Assembly (NCBI RefSeq): GCF_006345805.1
Contig: NC_042998.1
Coordinates: 195,548,001-195,612,000, forward strand
Length of the DNA stretch: 64,000 bases
Reading direction: 5' to 3'
DNA from: Octopus sinensis
Taxonomy: Eukaryota
Positions within the stretch are counted from its first letter, which is position 1, and each line of letters begins with the position of its first letter. This document shows, piece by piece, positions 34,840-47,934 of the stretch. The position numbers and the translations under genes were made by a program. Under the pieces are notes generated by a model. That model saw only the letters and a list, made by a program, of their open reading frames with translations. It was not told the origin of the DNA and made no database searches.

Positions 34840-34840
34840 A
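34040..34840. repeat. (CCTT)n-rich polypyrimidine tract followed by a GA-rich polypurine tract
   Basis: Direct inspection. Confidence 0.9.
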
Positions 34841-35136
34841 AAGAACATGAAACTGTATAAGGGTCGTGGGGATAGAATAGAAGAGTAGATAATACTAAAA
34901 GTACATACACGAATGAACGGGATGGTTACGAATGGAACGTCTTTGATCAAATGCTTTCTCGATCAGATGACATCGGTGGCTAAATAACTTCATCAACTAC
35001 AACAAACGAGTTCTGTTCATCTGTCACAATTGGCCTGGAATGGAAAGTGAAATTTACCCCGGTTGAATGTAAACATAGAATATGGAGAGCTGAAACTAAA
35101 TGTGATAAAATATTTAATTAACCCGGGTATCTACCC

Positions 35137-35548
35137 TTTTACTCTTTTACTCTTTTACTTGTTTCGGTCATTTGACTGTGGCCATGCTGGAGCACCGCCT
35201 TTTAGTCGAGCAAATCGACCCCAGGACTTATTCTTTGGAAGCCTAGTGCTTATTCTACCGGTCTCTGCCACCGAACCACTAAGTTACAGGGACGTAAACA
35301 CACCAGCATCGGTTGTCAAACGATGGTAGGGGGACAAACACAGACACACAAACACAGACACATACAAACATATACACACACATATACGACAGGCTTCTTT
35401 TAGTTTCCGTCTACCAAATCCACTCATAAGGTTTGGTCGGCCAGAGGCTATAGTAGAAGACACTTGTCCAAGGTGCCACGCAGTGGGACTGAATCCAGAA
35501 CCATGTGGTTGGTAAGGAAGCTACTTACCACACAGCCACTCCTACGCC
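35137..35548 (-). mobile_element. SINE family A
   Basis: Full-length reverse match. Confidence 0.9.
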
Positions 35549-35590
35549 GTTTATGATAAGTCAGTAGACAAACAATTCAAATTAAATATT

Positions 35591-36032
35591 GATTTCAAAT
35601 TTTGGCACAAGGCCAGCAAGTTCGAGGAAGGAGTAAGTCGATTACAGTGCACATCTGGTACTTATTTTATCGACCCCAAAAGGATGAAAGCGAAATCGAT
35701 CTCGGCGGAATTTGAATTCGGAACTAAAAGACGGACGAAAAGCCGCCAAGCATTTTGCCCAGATGCTAACGATTCTGTCTGCTCGCTGCCTTAATTCAAA
35801 CTAAGTATCTGTTTCTTTATTACCCACGAGGGGCTAAACATAGAGGGGACAGACAAACGGATTAAGTCGATTATACCGACCCCAGTGCGTAACTGGTTCT
35901 TAATTTATCGACCCCGAAAGGATGAAAGGCAAAGTCGACCTCGGCGGAATTTGAACTCAGAACGTAAAGGCAGACGAAATACGGCTACGCATTTCGCCCG
36001 GCGTGCTAACGGTTCTGCCAGCTCGCTGCCTT
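35591..36032 (-). mobile_element. Two SINE B copies (35591-35792; 35810-36032 with a 14-bp imperfect TSD)
   Basis: TCAAACTAAGTATC / TCAAGCTAAGTATC flank the second copy. Confidence 0.85.
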
Positions 36033-36573
36033 TCAAGCTAAGTATCGATTTGTCATTGATTATATTTGCACTAAGTAGTTTCAAACAGGAAATATGACGT
36101 TCGTGGCGTACACTTGAGCATTTATGATGGTAGGGATTGAAACCAAGTCTTGGGGATTCGACAAACTCAGAGCCTATCAGTTTCTTTCTATCGCTTACCA
36201 ATTCAAAATGAAGAGTAATTGCATCACCTTCAACGAACTAATTATTTGTATCAGCTTTAGGTGATGGCTTCAACAAAGTATTCTCTGTAACAAGCATTCA
36301 AAACAAAACTTTCTTGGATAACGCCCTTAGCAGAGTTTACGCTACAAGAATTCAGACTAAACTTCTTTCGATGCCATTTCTGTAATACGGCAGCAAACAT
36401 TAAGGCTATCTATCTTGGATGACGTCTTTATCATAAGTTTACTCCATAACAAACATTCAGATCGAATTTCTGATGTTGTGACATTTATGCTTAGCAGAAA
36501 AAGTGAAATAATATCGATTTGACTGCGAATCCAAAGTTGATGATTCTGTGAGTTATGCAGTAATTCATGTCCA

Positions 36574-36958
36574 GTGGAGGCGCAATGGCCCAGTGATTAG
36601 GGCAGCGGACTCGCGGTCATAGGATCGCGGTTTCGATTCCCAGACCGGGCGTTGTGAGTGTCTATTGAGCGAAAACACCTAAAAGCTCCACGAGGCTCCG
36701 GCAGGGGATGGTGGTGATCCCTGCTGTACTCTTTCACCACAACTTTCTCTCACTCTTACTTCCTGTTTCTGTTGCACCTGTATTTCAAGGGGCCGGCCTT
36801 GTCACTCTCTGTGTCACGCTGAATATCCCCGAGAACTACGTAAAGGGTGTACGTGTCTGTGGAGTGCCCATCCACTTACATGTTAATTTCACGAGCAGGC
36901 TGTTCCGTTGATTCGGATCAACCGGAACCCTCATCGTCGTAACCGACGGAGTGCTTCC
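36574..36958 (+). mobile_element. SINE family C (tRNA-derived head GGAGGCGCAATGGCCCAGTGGTTAGGG) with 12-bp TSD
   Basis: A-box- and B-box-like head. TSD AATTCATGTCCA at 36562-36573 and 36962-36973. Confidence 0.92.
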
Positions 36959-37164
36959 ATCAATTCATGTCCATTATGGAGATAGCATTGTGCCACTTCA
37001 TGCAATTATATTTCTCCGGAACCTGCAATGAAATCAATCAGTCTCTCGACCTGCAAGAGCTGGCCACCAAATTCACCCACCAAATCACAATTCATAGAAA
37101 TATTATATCCAACAAAAATTATGGGAGAGTTAAGGAGGAAATAGCTTCGATTATATGTCTGTTC

Positions 37165-37340
37165 GAGACGCCGTTACGTTCTGAGTTCAAATTCCGCCAG
37201 GTTGACTTTGCCTTTCATCCTTTCGAGGTCGATAAACTAAGTACCAATTACGCAGTGGGTCGATGTAATCGACTTAATCCGTTTGTGTGTCCTTGTTTGT
37301 CCCCTCTGTGTTTAGCCCCTTGTGGGTAGTAAAGAAATAA
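37165..37340 (+). mobile_element. SINE B, 5'-truncated
   Basis: Family match. Confidence 0.85.
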
Positions 37341-38069
37341 GTTATGTTAGATATACTATATTCCACATAGGATCCTTTACGCAAGTTTTAAATCTGCTCG
37401 AAGTAGTAGCTAAATCTCCCTTAAAATCACATATATATACTCTAGAATATACACTTACTGATATACAATTGAGATATCATTCCTGGAATATACTTGATCG
37501 TAGGCTTGCTCTTGGAGGTCAGTCGTGAGACTAAACAATGATAAAAAAGAACATTATGGTCACTTCCACTACATACAGATCGACTACCTCATCACCGTCA
37601 GATCACTTCACTAAATCGTATTCAATATCTGAGACGTATCAGACCTGTCAGACATTTCTTTAGATTCTTCCAGTTTATATTCTGGCTAATCATTAAATTA
37701 TTTAGAGTAATGATAGACAGCGCTGGTTTTGGAAGCAAATTAAGCGATATTGAATCTCCACAATTGCCATTCCGTTGCGTAATCGACGAAAATCCAATTT
37801 TAGCATTGAACTTGCAGAATCGTTAGAGCACTGGACAGAATACCTGAAGCAAGGCACTTTACATTCTAAGTTCAAACCTCAAGGATGTCAACTTTGCCTG
37901 TCAATTCTCAGAATCGATAAATAATCATTCAAAAACTATGAATTATTTATATTCCTTTAAAACTTCCTAGATATGAATGGAATAATTATGGAGACAAAAT
38001 AAACGAAATTATCTTTTATATATGTGATCTATATTTAGATCTATTTTGCAGAAGTAACTAATCAATCAA

Positions 38070-38468
38070 TCTCTCTCTATATAAAGCTGAAGTTGTCTGT
38101 GTGTAGCAGGTTTGGTAGCCTTCAACTAACACTTTCTCCTCCGAGACCCTGCGGTGCAAGTTGACCAAAATTGAGAGTATAATAGAAGAAGGCTTGGTCT
38201 TCCTTTCGTAGAAGAAAAAATTCAAATCGGACCATGTTAACACAAAAAATTATTTACTTCAAAAAGGTGCTTTTTTTTCTATGAAAATCCATATTTTTTA
38301 CGATTTTTTGACTGCTGTGTCGCCATTTTTCGGTGTATTTCAACCAGAAAAATGTTCATTTAAAGAGAATAACAAGCTGCATAATGCAAAAGTTTTACTT
38401 TTCAAAAATTCCAATTCTAAAGGGTCGAAAAGAAAACAAACTCGAGCAACGCTGGGCTATACTGCTAG
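38070..38468 (+). mobile_element. Non-autonomous Helitron, third family
   Basis: A|TCTCTCTCTATATAAAG...hairpin...CTAG|T. Confidence 0.85.
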
Positions 38469-38889
38469 TATTAAATAAAGCTGGCTGAATCGTTAGTGCA
38501 TCAGGTAAAATGCTTTGTGGAATTTCGTCCGTTTTTACAGTCTGAGTTCAAATTCAACCGAGGTCGGCTTTGACTTTGCCTTTCGTAGGTACCAGTTGAG
38601 CGCTGGGTCGATGTAAACGACTATCCCTATTTCCCCAAATTATATACCTTGTGCCAAAATCTGAAGCCAGTTTTAAATTTTATCATAGCTATCGACATCT
38701 GAATGAAATTGTGTTGATGTACAAATATTTGCCTACTTTACACTGCAAACAATTATAACCACCAACGCCTGAGACGAGTTAAGTCATCTATATGTATGAA
38801 CATAGTTCTCAACTTATACGAAGGCGTGCTTAAAAGTTCCTTAAGGGTATCGTAAAAAGGTCTGATTGGTGTGCATTCTGAACAAATGA

Positions 38890-39085
38890 CGACATATCAT
38901 CATCATTCATCATTGTTCGACCGTGGTCGAGACAATGGAATTTACCATGCTACGCCAGACTTCACGGTCCATCATGGCATTACGGAGGTCCTGTTGCTGG
39001 ATGCCTGTATCCCTGGAGATTACATCAGGGTAGGAGAGTGTGCGCCCTCTGGTATTGCGAGTAGATGGCTTCCTGAGGAGAAGAG
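38890..39085 (-). mobile_element. RTE 3' fragment
   Basis: RGRTLSYPDVISRDTG...AMMDREVWR followed by a (GAT)n tail. Confidence 0.7.
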
Positions 39086-39409
39086 TAGAAATTACTTCTT
39101 TTTCAGCTCTACAACAATGTCCAGCAAACTGGACAAATAGACAAAACAAGACACAGAATGAAGGGTAAAGGAGACAGGTTCATGCATTCAGAATAGATAG
39201 AAGAGAAGGTAGATGGTGAGTTTATGGGCGTTGCATGGATAAAAAAAAACGCACAGACTAGGGCCAATTAGTACTATCTTGGAGAGGTTGGGATGCTGTA
39301 AGAAATTTTACTAGGAGGACCGAGTTCTTTTACGGGGCTTAGAAAAAAGCTGAAGGACCACTGTAATAAGTGAAGGAATCTGAGAGGGAAATATGTTGAA
39401 TAAAATAAT

Positions 39410-39796
39410 GGAAGCACTCCGTCGGTTACGACGACGAGGGTTCCGGTTGATCCGAATCAACGGAACAGCCTGCTCGTGAAATTAACGTGTAAGTGGCTGA
39501 GCACTCCACAGACACGTGTACCCTCAACGTAGTTCTCGGGGATATTCAGCGTGACACAGAGAGTGACAAGGCCGGCCCTTTGAAATACAGGTACAACAGA
39601 AACAGGAAGTAAGAGTGAGAGAAAGTTGTGGTGAAAGAGTACAGCAGGGATCACCACCATCCCCTGCCGGAGCCTCGTGGAGCTTTTTTAGGTGTTTTCG
39701 CTCAATAAACACTCACAACGCCCGGTCTGGGAATCGAAACCGCGATCCTATGACCGCGAGTCCGCTGCCCTAACCACTGGGCCATTGCGCCTCCAC
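39410..39796 (-). mobile_element. SINE family C
   Basis: Full-length reverse match. Confidence 0.92.
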
Positions 39797-40167
39797 TATC
39801 TTTGCTACTAACACCTATAACAAAGAGATTATTGTTATGCATGTGTTCGCATGTGTATGTGAGCATATTTCGTGATACCTGGTCAGTATTTAAAAGCATT
39901 TGCACTATTATAACTATTTATAGCCAATCTTTGTATGTGACCATATGTGTGTAACTGATTAAAATATGTAACTGATTAAAATGGTGTAACTGATTAAACT
40001 TATGTAATTAGCTTGGCTGTTTCCAAGTTTCCAAAATGAGGACATCTCATACGTGCCCTCATAGGGTACCATAAGCCTCCGTGCACACAGGCACATACAA
40101 ATGTCTGGATGTGTTTGTCTGTTCATATGTAAATATGTTTTATATATGTGTTGTGTATGTGTGTGTG

Positions 40168-40220
<53 letters not shown>

Positions 40221-40909
40221 CAGAGCTTTAAATTTCTCTCACGAATTTTAAACCGTATTGTAAAAATAGCATTTAACCTTGTTTAAAAGAATGAATATGC
40301 TAATAAAGTACCCATGTTTAACTTATATAGATTCAGAAAAAAACCTGGCTTTCATTGTTATCATTCTCAACTGTTATCTGATCACTGAAATGAGAAATCA
40401 TCTCAAAGAGCTAAAGAGGGACTTGTGAATATCAGACGGGCTTCCTCCCAAGCAACACCCCCAACAACATCCTTGAGTTTTAAGAGACTCCCTCCCACGC
40501 CGAGTTTGAAAGCAATCTCAATCCGCCTAGTAAAGTTTCTTACACCATCCCAACCTATCCAAGGTGGTACTAATTGGTCCTATTCTGTACGTTTTTTTAT
40601 CTATGCAATGCCCATAAACTCACCATCTGTCTTCTCTTCTATCTATGCTGAATGCATGAACCTGTCTCTCTTACCCTTCATTTTGTGTCTAGTTTTGTCT
40701 ATCTGTCGTCATTTGTTCAGAATGCCCGCCTCGCGCATCTCAGTATCTCTTCTTAATCTGTTTTTACTTTCACTTACTCTCACCTCGTTTAACATGATTT
40801 TCTTTCATTTTTAATGATTCCTAACACGCATCTTTTCATACTTCGTTTGATTGTTCTAAGCCATTACTCTGTTTTTACTTATTGCTTATGTTTCACTGGT
40901 CAAATACTT

Positions 40910-41318
40910 TCCGTCCCCAAAGTCCATCCCCTCCCCACCGTGGTGGGGACGCTGGCAACGGGTAGTGTCAGAGCTATACCGTCTGGAACTTCGGTTCCTG
41001 GTAGGGCCACCCAGGGCGGATTGGTCTGACACCGAGTGGTATTGGGGTCACAACCCGGCAGACGGGGCTCTGGTGAAAATCATCGGAGTGTCTGTTTCGG
41101 CAACCGGCGGCTCCTCGGTCGTTCTGTCCCTGCGTCTGCAGACAATCTGCGGCAAACAGGATGTCTCTACATGCGGGATTGTTGGGAACCGCTTGTGAAA
41201 TTCATATTCCCACGAAACTTCTTCCACTGCCATGGTTCGAGATGCCTCGAGGGTGGTAGAAGAAGCCGACTCAACCCGCCCAGGGTGAATGTCGCCACAA
41301 GTACAAGTACAAGTAGTA
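40910..41318 (+). mobile_element. Non-autonomous RTE deletion derivative with 11-bp TSD and (CAAGTA)n tail
   Basis: TSD GTCAAATACTT at 40899-40909 and 41319-41329. The 3' end is similar to the RTE-like end at 20480-20525. Confidence 0.75.
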
Positions 41319-41639
41319 GTCAAATACTTAGTGCTTCAGACACAATTGCATCTTATTTTTCAAGAGGGTATTTTATTCACCAAAAGCATCTCACCAAGCG
41401 TGGATTCGTCTTTTTACTTTCTCTAAATGACCGCATTCCACTTTTACCAGTTGTCCGAGTGAAATATATTTGTCAGTTGTTATGGTATCATAGTTGACTT
41501 CTGCTGACATAATTTGTTGTTAAACATAACTTGCGTCTTCTTCATACTATTTTTAGTTCTGCTTTGCTATTATTGATCAGAGAATACATTAGACTCACAT
41601 ACAGATCACTAAACAAAACAAATTATAACTAGTGAACAT

Positions 41640-41770
41640 CATCTACAAGACTTCACATTGGGAATGAAAAATCAGTATTGATGGAGGAATACGACAAGGG
41701 GATATATCACCCCAAACTTTTAATGCTGTTCTGAAAAGCATTTTTAAAAGGCTTAAATGAGATAAAAACG
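41640..41770 (+). mobile_element. RTE reverse-transcriptase fragment
   Basis: Broken translation resembling GIRQGDxSPKLFNAVLKSIFK. Confidence 0.45.
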
Positions 41771-41999
41771 GAATAAGCATAAATAAGGGGTTTTAAAATC
41801 ATTTATGCTTTATTGCATAATAGTTCTTTCAAATGATGCTCGTAACTGGAACAAACTGGTTTTTAATCATTTCTCGGAGATTTTCACCAGAGGCCTTATC
41901 CTATTCAGATTCATCATTCTACATTTTTTTAAATAATTTCTGCTCACTGAAGAGAAGCTGAAATTTTTTTACAATCATCATTTTAAAAATTTATTTACA

Positions 42000-42700
42000 T
42001 TTTTTGCTCTCAACTCATTCTTAGGAATTTTCTTGTAAATGACTGAGAACTCTTCTGAGAAATTATACATTTGGAGCTTTGGCTTTTTACTGTGCCAACT
42101 AGCACACAGTTTCTCTTGTTACTCCACACCAGTGTCATCATTGGAAAAAAAACTTGTTTTGAGTGAGCATTACTGCATTAAGTAGAAAATATATGTCTTC
42201 ACCTCCTTCGGATTTGAAAAAGAAATTTACTGATTAGCTCGAGATGATGGCTTTCACTTTTGTCTTCTAAGATCTCAGAAGTATTAATAAATGCCTCCAC
42301 AAACACAAACTCTTCGTATAATTCATACATACCAATATCCTGAAGGCTTCAAACCTTGGCTGCATTGCAATAGTCTTCATAAGAGATTATGCTTGTGTGA
42401 CTAAGCTTCAATGATTTATTAAGGAAGTTCTTTCCAGAAAAGTCATGTCGCTTAAATATTGCATGATTCTTTCAAAGAATACGCGTTTCTTAGACACTTG
42501 AGGATCAAGCTCTGGCTAACCTTGGTGATCAGTCCAAGCCTATCACCACCAAAAATACTAGAGTCCTTTATTATTCTCTCGGGTTAGCTTTTCAGTTCAG
42601 CCATTGTCTTAAAACATTTCAAATAGCAAAATTACGCTGAACGATTCGGCTTCCAGAGCTTCAATGGCGTCTGAGAACAATTTAAGTGTGTGACTGGGGG
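42000..42700 (-). mobile_element. Possible hAT transposase remnant
   Basis: Only short broken peptides (KAPNV.FLR, KNELR, TLKLFSD) resembling hAT C-terminal motifs. Confidence 0.3.
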
Positions 42701-43479
42701 GAAAAGAAACAGGATTGTGACGATTCGTCATTTCTTTCATTTCCAGATCATTCTCAGAATGCCTCGGGACTTTTCTTCAACCAGACTTTGGAAATATTGT
42801 TCTTGTACTTTTCAGTACTTAGGTATTTCATCAACAGATGGTGAAAGTGAGTAAGACAGACAGACAGACAGAGACAGACAGACAGAGACAGACAGAGAGA
42901 GAGAGAGAGAGAGAGAGATCGTCACAACATGATGTAACACATCACAATTATCAATATCCACAAATTCACAAAATTCTTATACTGTATGGCCCTTTTGCTT
43001 CTTGTTTGTCTTTATTTGCTGAATCTAAAGGAAAAGGTAGGGCTCATGGCTTTTGCAAGTCTTCCGAGCCTGGGAAAATTGGTGACTTTACCGTTCCATT
43101 TAAACTGTTACAAGTCAATGCTTGCAGGAAAGACATGAGCAAGGAGCTGATCTTATGGGGAAGAAGGATTGGATATAGTTACTGAAAGAAGGAGATGACT
43201 GTAACTAGGGATACTAAGATGGGGAGACGAGTTGAGCGTAGGGTGCTTGAGTGCTGGAGGTTAAGATGCAGAAATGGTTGTACAGGTTGTATACAGTATT
43301 TTCAACATGAAATTCTAGTTTTCCTGCGGCAAATCTTGCATTTTGTAAAATATAGGCTAAGTGTAAATAACAGAGTCAAGACTATTGAAAAGGTTGCAAG
43401 ACGCAACGAAAATTTTAGGAAAATAAAAATAAGAAATAAGTGGAAATTTTTACTGGTGAGTGTGTTATAAGGCACAAAC

Positions 43480-43864
43480 GTGGAGGCGCAATGGCCCAGT
43501 GGTTAGGGCAGCGAACACGCGGTCGTAGGATCGCGGTTTCGATTCCCAGACTGGGCGTTACGAGTGTTTATTGAGCGAAAACACCTAAAAGCTCCACGAC
43601 GCTCCGGCAGGGGATGGTGGCGATCCCTGCTGTACTCTTTCACCACAACTTTCTCTCACTCTTACTTCCTGTTTCTGTTGTACCTGTATTTCAAAGGGCC
43701 GGCCTTGTCACTCTCTGTGTCACGCTGAATATCCCCGAGAACTACGTTAAGGGTACACGTGTCTGTGGAGTGCTCAGACACTTACACGTTAATTTCATGA
43801 GCAGGCTGTTCCGTTGATCGGATCAACCGGAACCCTCGTCGTCGTAACCGACGGAGTGCTTCCG
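43480..43864 (+). mobile_element. SINE family C with 12-bp TSD
   Basis: ATAAGGCACAAA at 43467-43478 and 43867-43878. Confidence 0.92.
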
Positions 43865-45270
43865 TCATAAGGCACAAAAAGAAAATGACTCTCCCCAGAC
43901 ACAACAGAATAAGGCCAAGCCATTTTCATGAAAAATGTTCTTTTGAGCCATATTCAGGTTTGAATAAACTCGGTTATGTTTCCCATAGTTTACACTTGAT
44001 TTTGTCCGCAGTGTATGTAGAAACTTTATTGAGATCCAGACCTGACGTGTCTAGTTTAGGTGGTGGTTGTTGGTTCGTTATTTCTGAAGATTCATTGCTA
44101 CCGCTGTAAAAGTCAAACAACATGTATTCCACTTCCTTCTTAAAATGAAAGAATCTAAGAATTACTGGGAAACAATTCATACAGATGTTTGAAGCATCAG
44201 TTGCTATGAAAATGAACAAACCTTTTTATGCAGAATACGACACTAGAATATTTTCACTTAGAATATTTTCTGGCATTTTACACATTTATTTTTTTGTCAA
44301 CTTTTACTCCACAGTCAAGGTTTCTGCCTGACCGATGGAGCTCCACAACATAATACTCTTTACTTAGCTTTGCAGCCAAGATTTTGTCATTTCGAGTTGA
44401 TCGAAATGAGGAGAAAAGTTATGTTAATGAGGTACAAACAATGAGAGGGTTGACTTGATATTTATCCGACGTAGTGTATCATTCAACATCTTTTCCTTTT
44501 CTTCCAGTTTCTACCATAGGGATACGGTACTGCTTTATAAGTAGGTACACTTGTACGTGGTTTCATATTAATGCTACTGAACCCTTAAATACGGGTTTTA
44601 AATTTTGGCACAAGACCAGCAAGTTCGTGGGGTGGGCAAATCGTTTACATTGATCCTAGTCTTCAACTGGCACTCGTTTTATCGACTCCGAAAGGATGAA
44701 AGGTAAAGTCGACTTGGGTGTAATTTGAACTCAGAGCGTATAGACGGACGAAATTCCGCTAAGCATTTTAACCGCGGGCTGACGACTCTGCTAGATCACC
44801 GCCTAACTGAGCCCTTAAATATTAAATACCTATCACGAGCTAATGAGAGAACATCTACGTGATCGCTTGACCTGCTGGAAATAGTAACTAAATATTTCTC
44901 AAATCAAACTCTACTGTCTTTAAAAATGACGAAGGACACATTGATTACAGTAGTCTGAAATAAACTGTCTGAAAAGATGGTGTAGTCATGACTGGAACGC
45001 CTTTGCTCATAGGCCTGCCTGATCAAAGTTAACATGGGACTAAACGGTAACAACAGCAACAACAACAACAAATAACTATTAGGGTATCAGATAACGTCAT
45101 TGGGGTAATACGAACTACAGACCTGTCGCCTTATAACGTAACCTGATATTGTGACAACCGGCTCTTTTATAATGATAAACAATCTGAAAATCAAGATAAC
45201 CAATTTCCGGACGCTGTATTATATTACCTCTAAGTGAAGGACAGTAAACCGGCTATTTATAAAACAACTA

Positions 45271-45694
45271 GGATCTTTTCGGTTTGAACGGCAGTTTTTA
45301 ACATAATTTCTAGGTAACTAAAAAATTTTAAACTTGGTATACTGGTAGAATGTGTTTATAAAACATCTTTTTCTCTTGGCTTTATTGAGAAAATTCTATA
45401 GTTTGTAAGATATTTGTTATTGTTTTTTTCTTCAATTTCTGCAATTTCAACCAATCAATGACGTCTATTGAGGTAAAAAACATTCTGTGCCGTATGAATA
45501 TGTCCCTCGTTTAAGAAACAGATTGGGTTTATTTACATTTCTGAAGAAAAAAAGATACCCTTCCCCTTAACCCTAACTAACCCTAACACTAAAATAGATT
45601 GAAATGCAAGAGATCGATACTAGGGTCATAATTATGGGTGACAATTTCATATGACACCGCTAGAAAAAAACTGCCGTTCAAACCGAAAAGATCC
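45271..45694. mobile_element. GG-terminated MITE with an internal CCCTAA-like tract and imperfect 8-bp TSD
   Basis: TIR GGATCTTTTCGGTTTGAACGGCAGTTTTT. Flanks AACAACTA/AACAGCTA. Confidence 0.88.
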
Positions 45695-46481
45695 AACAGC
45701 TAATTTTATAAACGAACCTTAAGATATAATTTTTGTCATGTTGTTTTAATTAAGCTTAATCTTGCACAACAGTATGAACAACAAACATTTTTTTTTAAAG
45801 TAAAAGGTGAAGAATAAACCAGAAAACTGAGTAATTTCAATTAAAATTTTTTTAAACCAAACACCACCGAAGTTGTTATTCTAGAAAGCGTTGTTTGGCA
45901 TCTAACCTTAGTAGATACGTATTTACTGTAAAATGACACAGTACCAAACAGGTGGTGATATAGCAAGCGATATTACTGCCTGTTCGTGTGAAGTGACTTT
46001 CTTACGACACATGAAGGGCAGATTTGACAGATTCATATCATAACCGGCAACGGCTCTTGAAGGTCACTTGAAGGAGGTGAAAGGTCAGTAGAGAGAAAGA
46101 GAGAGGGGGAAAGAGAAGTGGGAAAGAATAAGGAGAGGAGAGGAGAGAAATGTTATCTGATACAAGGGAATCTAAATGATACGTGAAAAACAGCAAATGT
46201 GTCCAGAGATATTTTTACATTCTTATCGTAGAAACGAAGCTTTATCATAAACACTATGGTGTGTCATTGGGACAAAACTGATGACTTTATCTATATGTTG
46301 TGTCTCAAAAGCAAGGCAGCGTTTTGGAGTTCATTCCTCTCCTTCGGGAGAGTATGACTTCAGCTCTTCGAGATAATGAATATTTATCAATTGTACACAG
46401 TGAACTTGCATTTTATGATACATATGTACAATACGGTAGACTGGGCTATTCAGAATAGATAGCCGTACAGAGTGCGGTATA

Positions 46482-46857
46482 CGAGGGGGTACCCAAAAGT
46501 GACCGAAAACGTTCTCTGTGGGACAAACCCGTTGTGGTTCAGGCTTCTGCCGCTTGATACGACTCCCATTCATCAGTCTGCCGACTGGGGTCTTCGGTTA
46601 GGGACATACTTCCACGTGGTGCGTCTTTGTTTTGTAGTGCTTCTCCCCTGTTCGTCGATTTTTGCGATGGCTGAAACGAAGGAACAGTGTGCTTCTGTGA
46701 AGTTCTGTTTTCTGCTGGGGACAACGGCGGCCGAAACAGCTGTTACGCTTCAAACAGCTTAAAAGGACGCAGCTGTGAGCAAAACACAAGTTTACGAGTG
46801 GTTTCCACGCTTTAGGAATGGTCACTTGTCGCTTGAAGATCAACCTCGTTCAGGACT
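46482..46857 (+). mobile_element. Mariner-type transposon 5' fragment
   Basis: TA|CGAGGGGGTACCCAAAAG terminus. Translation MAETKEQCASVKFCFLLGTTAAET...*KDAAVSKTQVYEWFPRFRNGHLSLEDQPRSG matches the mariner N-terminal HTH. Confidence 0.85.
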
Positions 46858-47065
46858 CACTGCTATCTCTTGAGATAGGCCAGTACTCATAACGTCCATA
46901 GTTCCCACTAGACGAGTGAAATTGATGTATTTAATGTTCCTCTTCCCATTGCAAATCGACACAAGCGGAAAAGACGAAAAGGGTAAGAACTCCAGAGGGT
47001 CGACGTTCTGGAAAGGCAGGACTGAGCATAGTTTTTAGTGCAGGACTTGGGAGAGCTGGACACAA

Positions 47066-47297
47066 GAAGGACGAGCTGGCAGAAACGTTAGCACACCGGG
47101 CGAAATGCGTAGCCGTATTTCATCTGCCGCTACGTTCTGAGTTCAAATTCCGCCGAGGTCGACTTTGCCTTTCATCCTTTCGGGGTCGATTAAATAAGTA
47201 CTAGTTACGCACTGGGGTCGATGTAATCGACTTAATCCGTTTGTTTGTCCTTGTTTTTCCCCTCTGTATGTAGCCCCTTGTGGATAGTAAAGAAATA
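47066..47297 (+). mobile_element. SINE B with TSD AAGAAGGACGA
   Basis: Family match with flanking direct repeat. Confidence 0.88.
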
Positions 47298-47934
47298 AGA
47301 AGGACGATGAGTTGAATAGAGATTTGTTAGTTGGGAATACTGGAGCATTCCTGGTCCACATATCTAGAGTGTTCCCGACCCACACGCCGAGGAACAGAGA
47401 ACATTATAGTAGCGATAGGAAGAGCAAAGAGAAGAGACAGCGCAGCTGTGGGTCTGAGGTTGACGCATGTCCTTTGGGAGCCCTTTAGGAGCCCTTTGGG
47501 AGCCCTTTGGGAGCCCTTTGGTTTGGTGGAGATGAAGTCTGCTTCGTATATAACCGCTCCAGTACTGCATGGTTTATTAAAGGTACATGACATTTGTGTT
47601 AATGCATGAGCAGTGAGCCTCAGTTAGTGTTCTTGGTTTGAGTGCTATAAAGTATTTCCTTCAAATTCTACATTTGCATTATGTATTGTGTGCTTAAGTT
47701 CCACCTTGAAAGATTCCCACTAATGAAGTGTGTGTATGTGTGTGTGTGGGTGGGGGTGATATTGAATTGTGACAGAGTAAAAACACAAGTAACACTTTAA
47801 TCTTGTCTTTTTCTTCGCTTCTCTTTATTACATCTACACCTAAACTATAGAATGTTCCATTCACTCAGTATAGATTTATACGTATTCAGTACTCTCTTAG
47901 CGCTCGTTTGCCGTATACCAACCTACCTAACTAC

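Noticed and set aside
36574-36655. tRNA-like sequences at the heads of families A to D
   Set aside because: They continue into SINE bodies with TSDs and lack a proper acceptor stem; not tRNA genes.
36708-36911. Recurrent ORF MVVIPAVLFHHNF... (five copies), and similar repeated MTPVRNWY.. and MTTDAGVF.. ORFs
   Set aside because: Each lies inside a SINE copy; the recurrence reflects the repeat, not a gene family.
43885-44400. L2/CR1-like C-terminal peptide (LDLNKVS...IKCKLWE) on the minus strand
   Set aside because: Too degraded to delimit or assign with confidence.
47471-47522. 11-bp tandem repeat CCCTTTGGGAG, about 4.5 copies
   Set aside because: Simple local slippage with no further structure.
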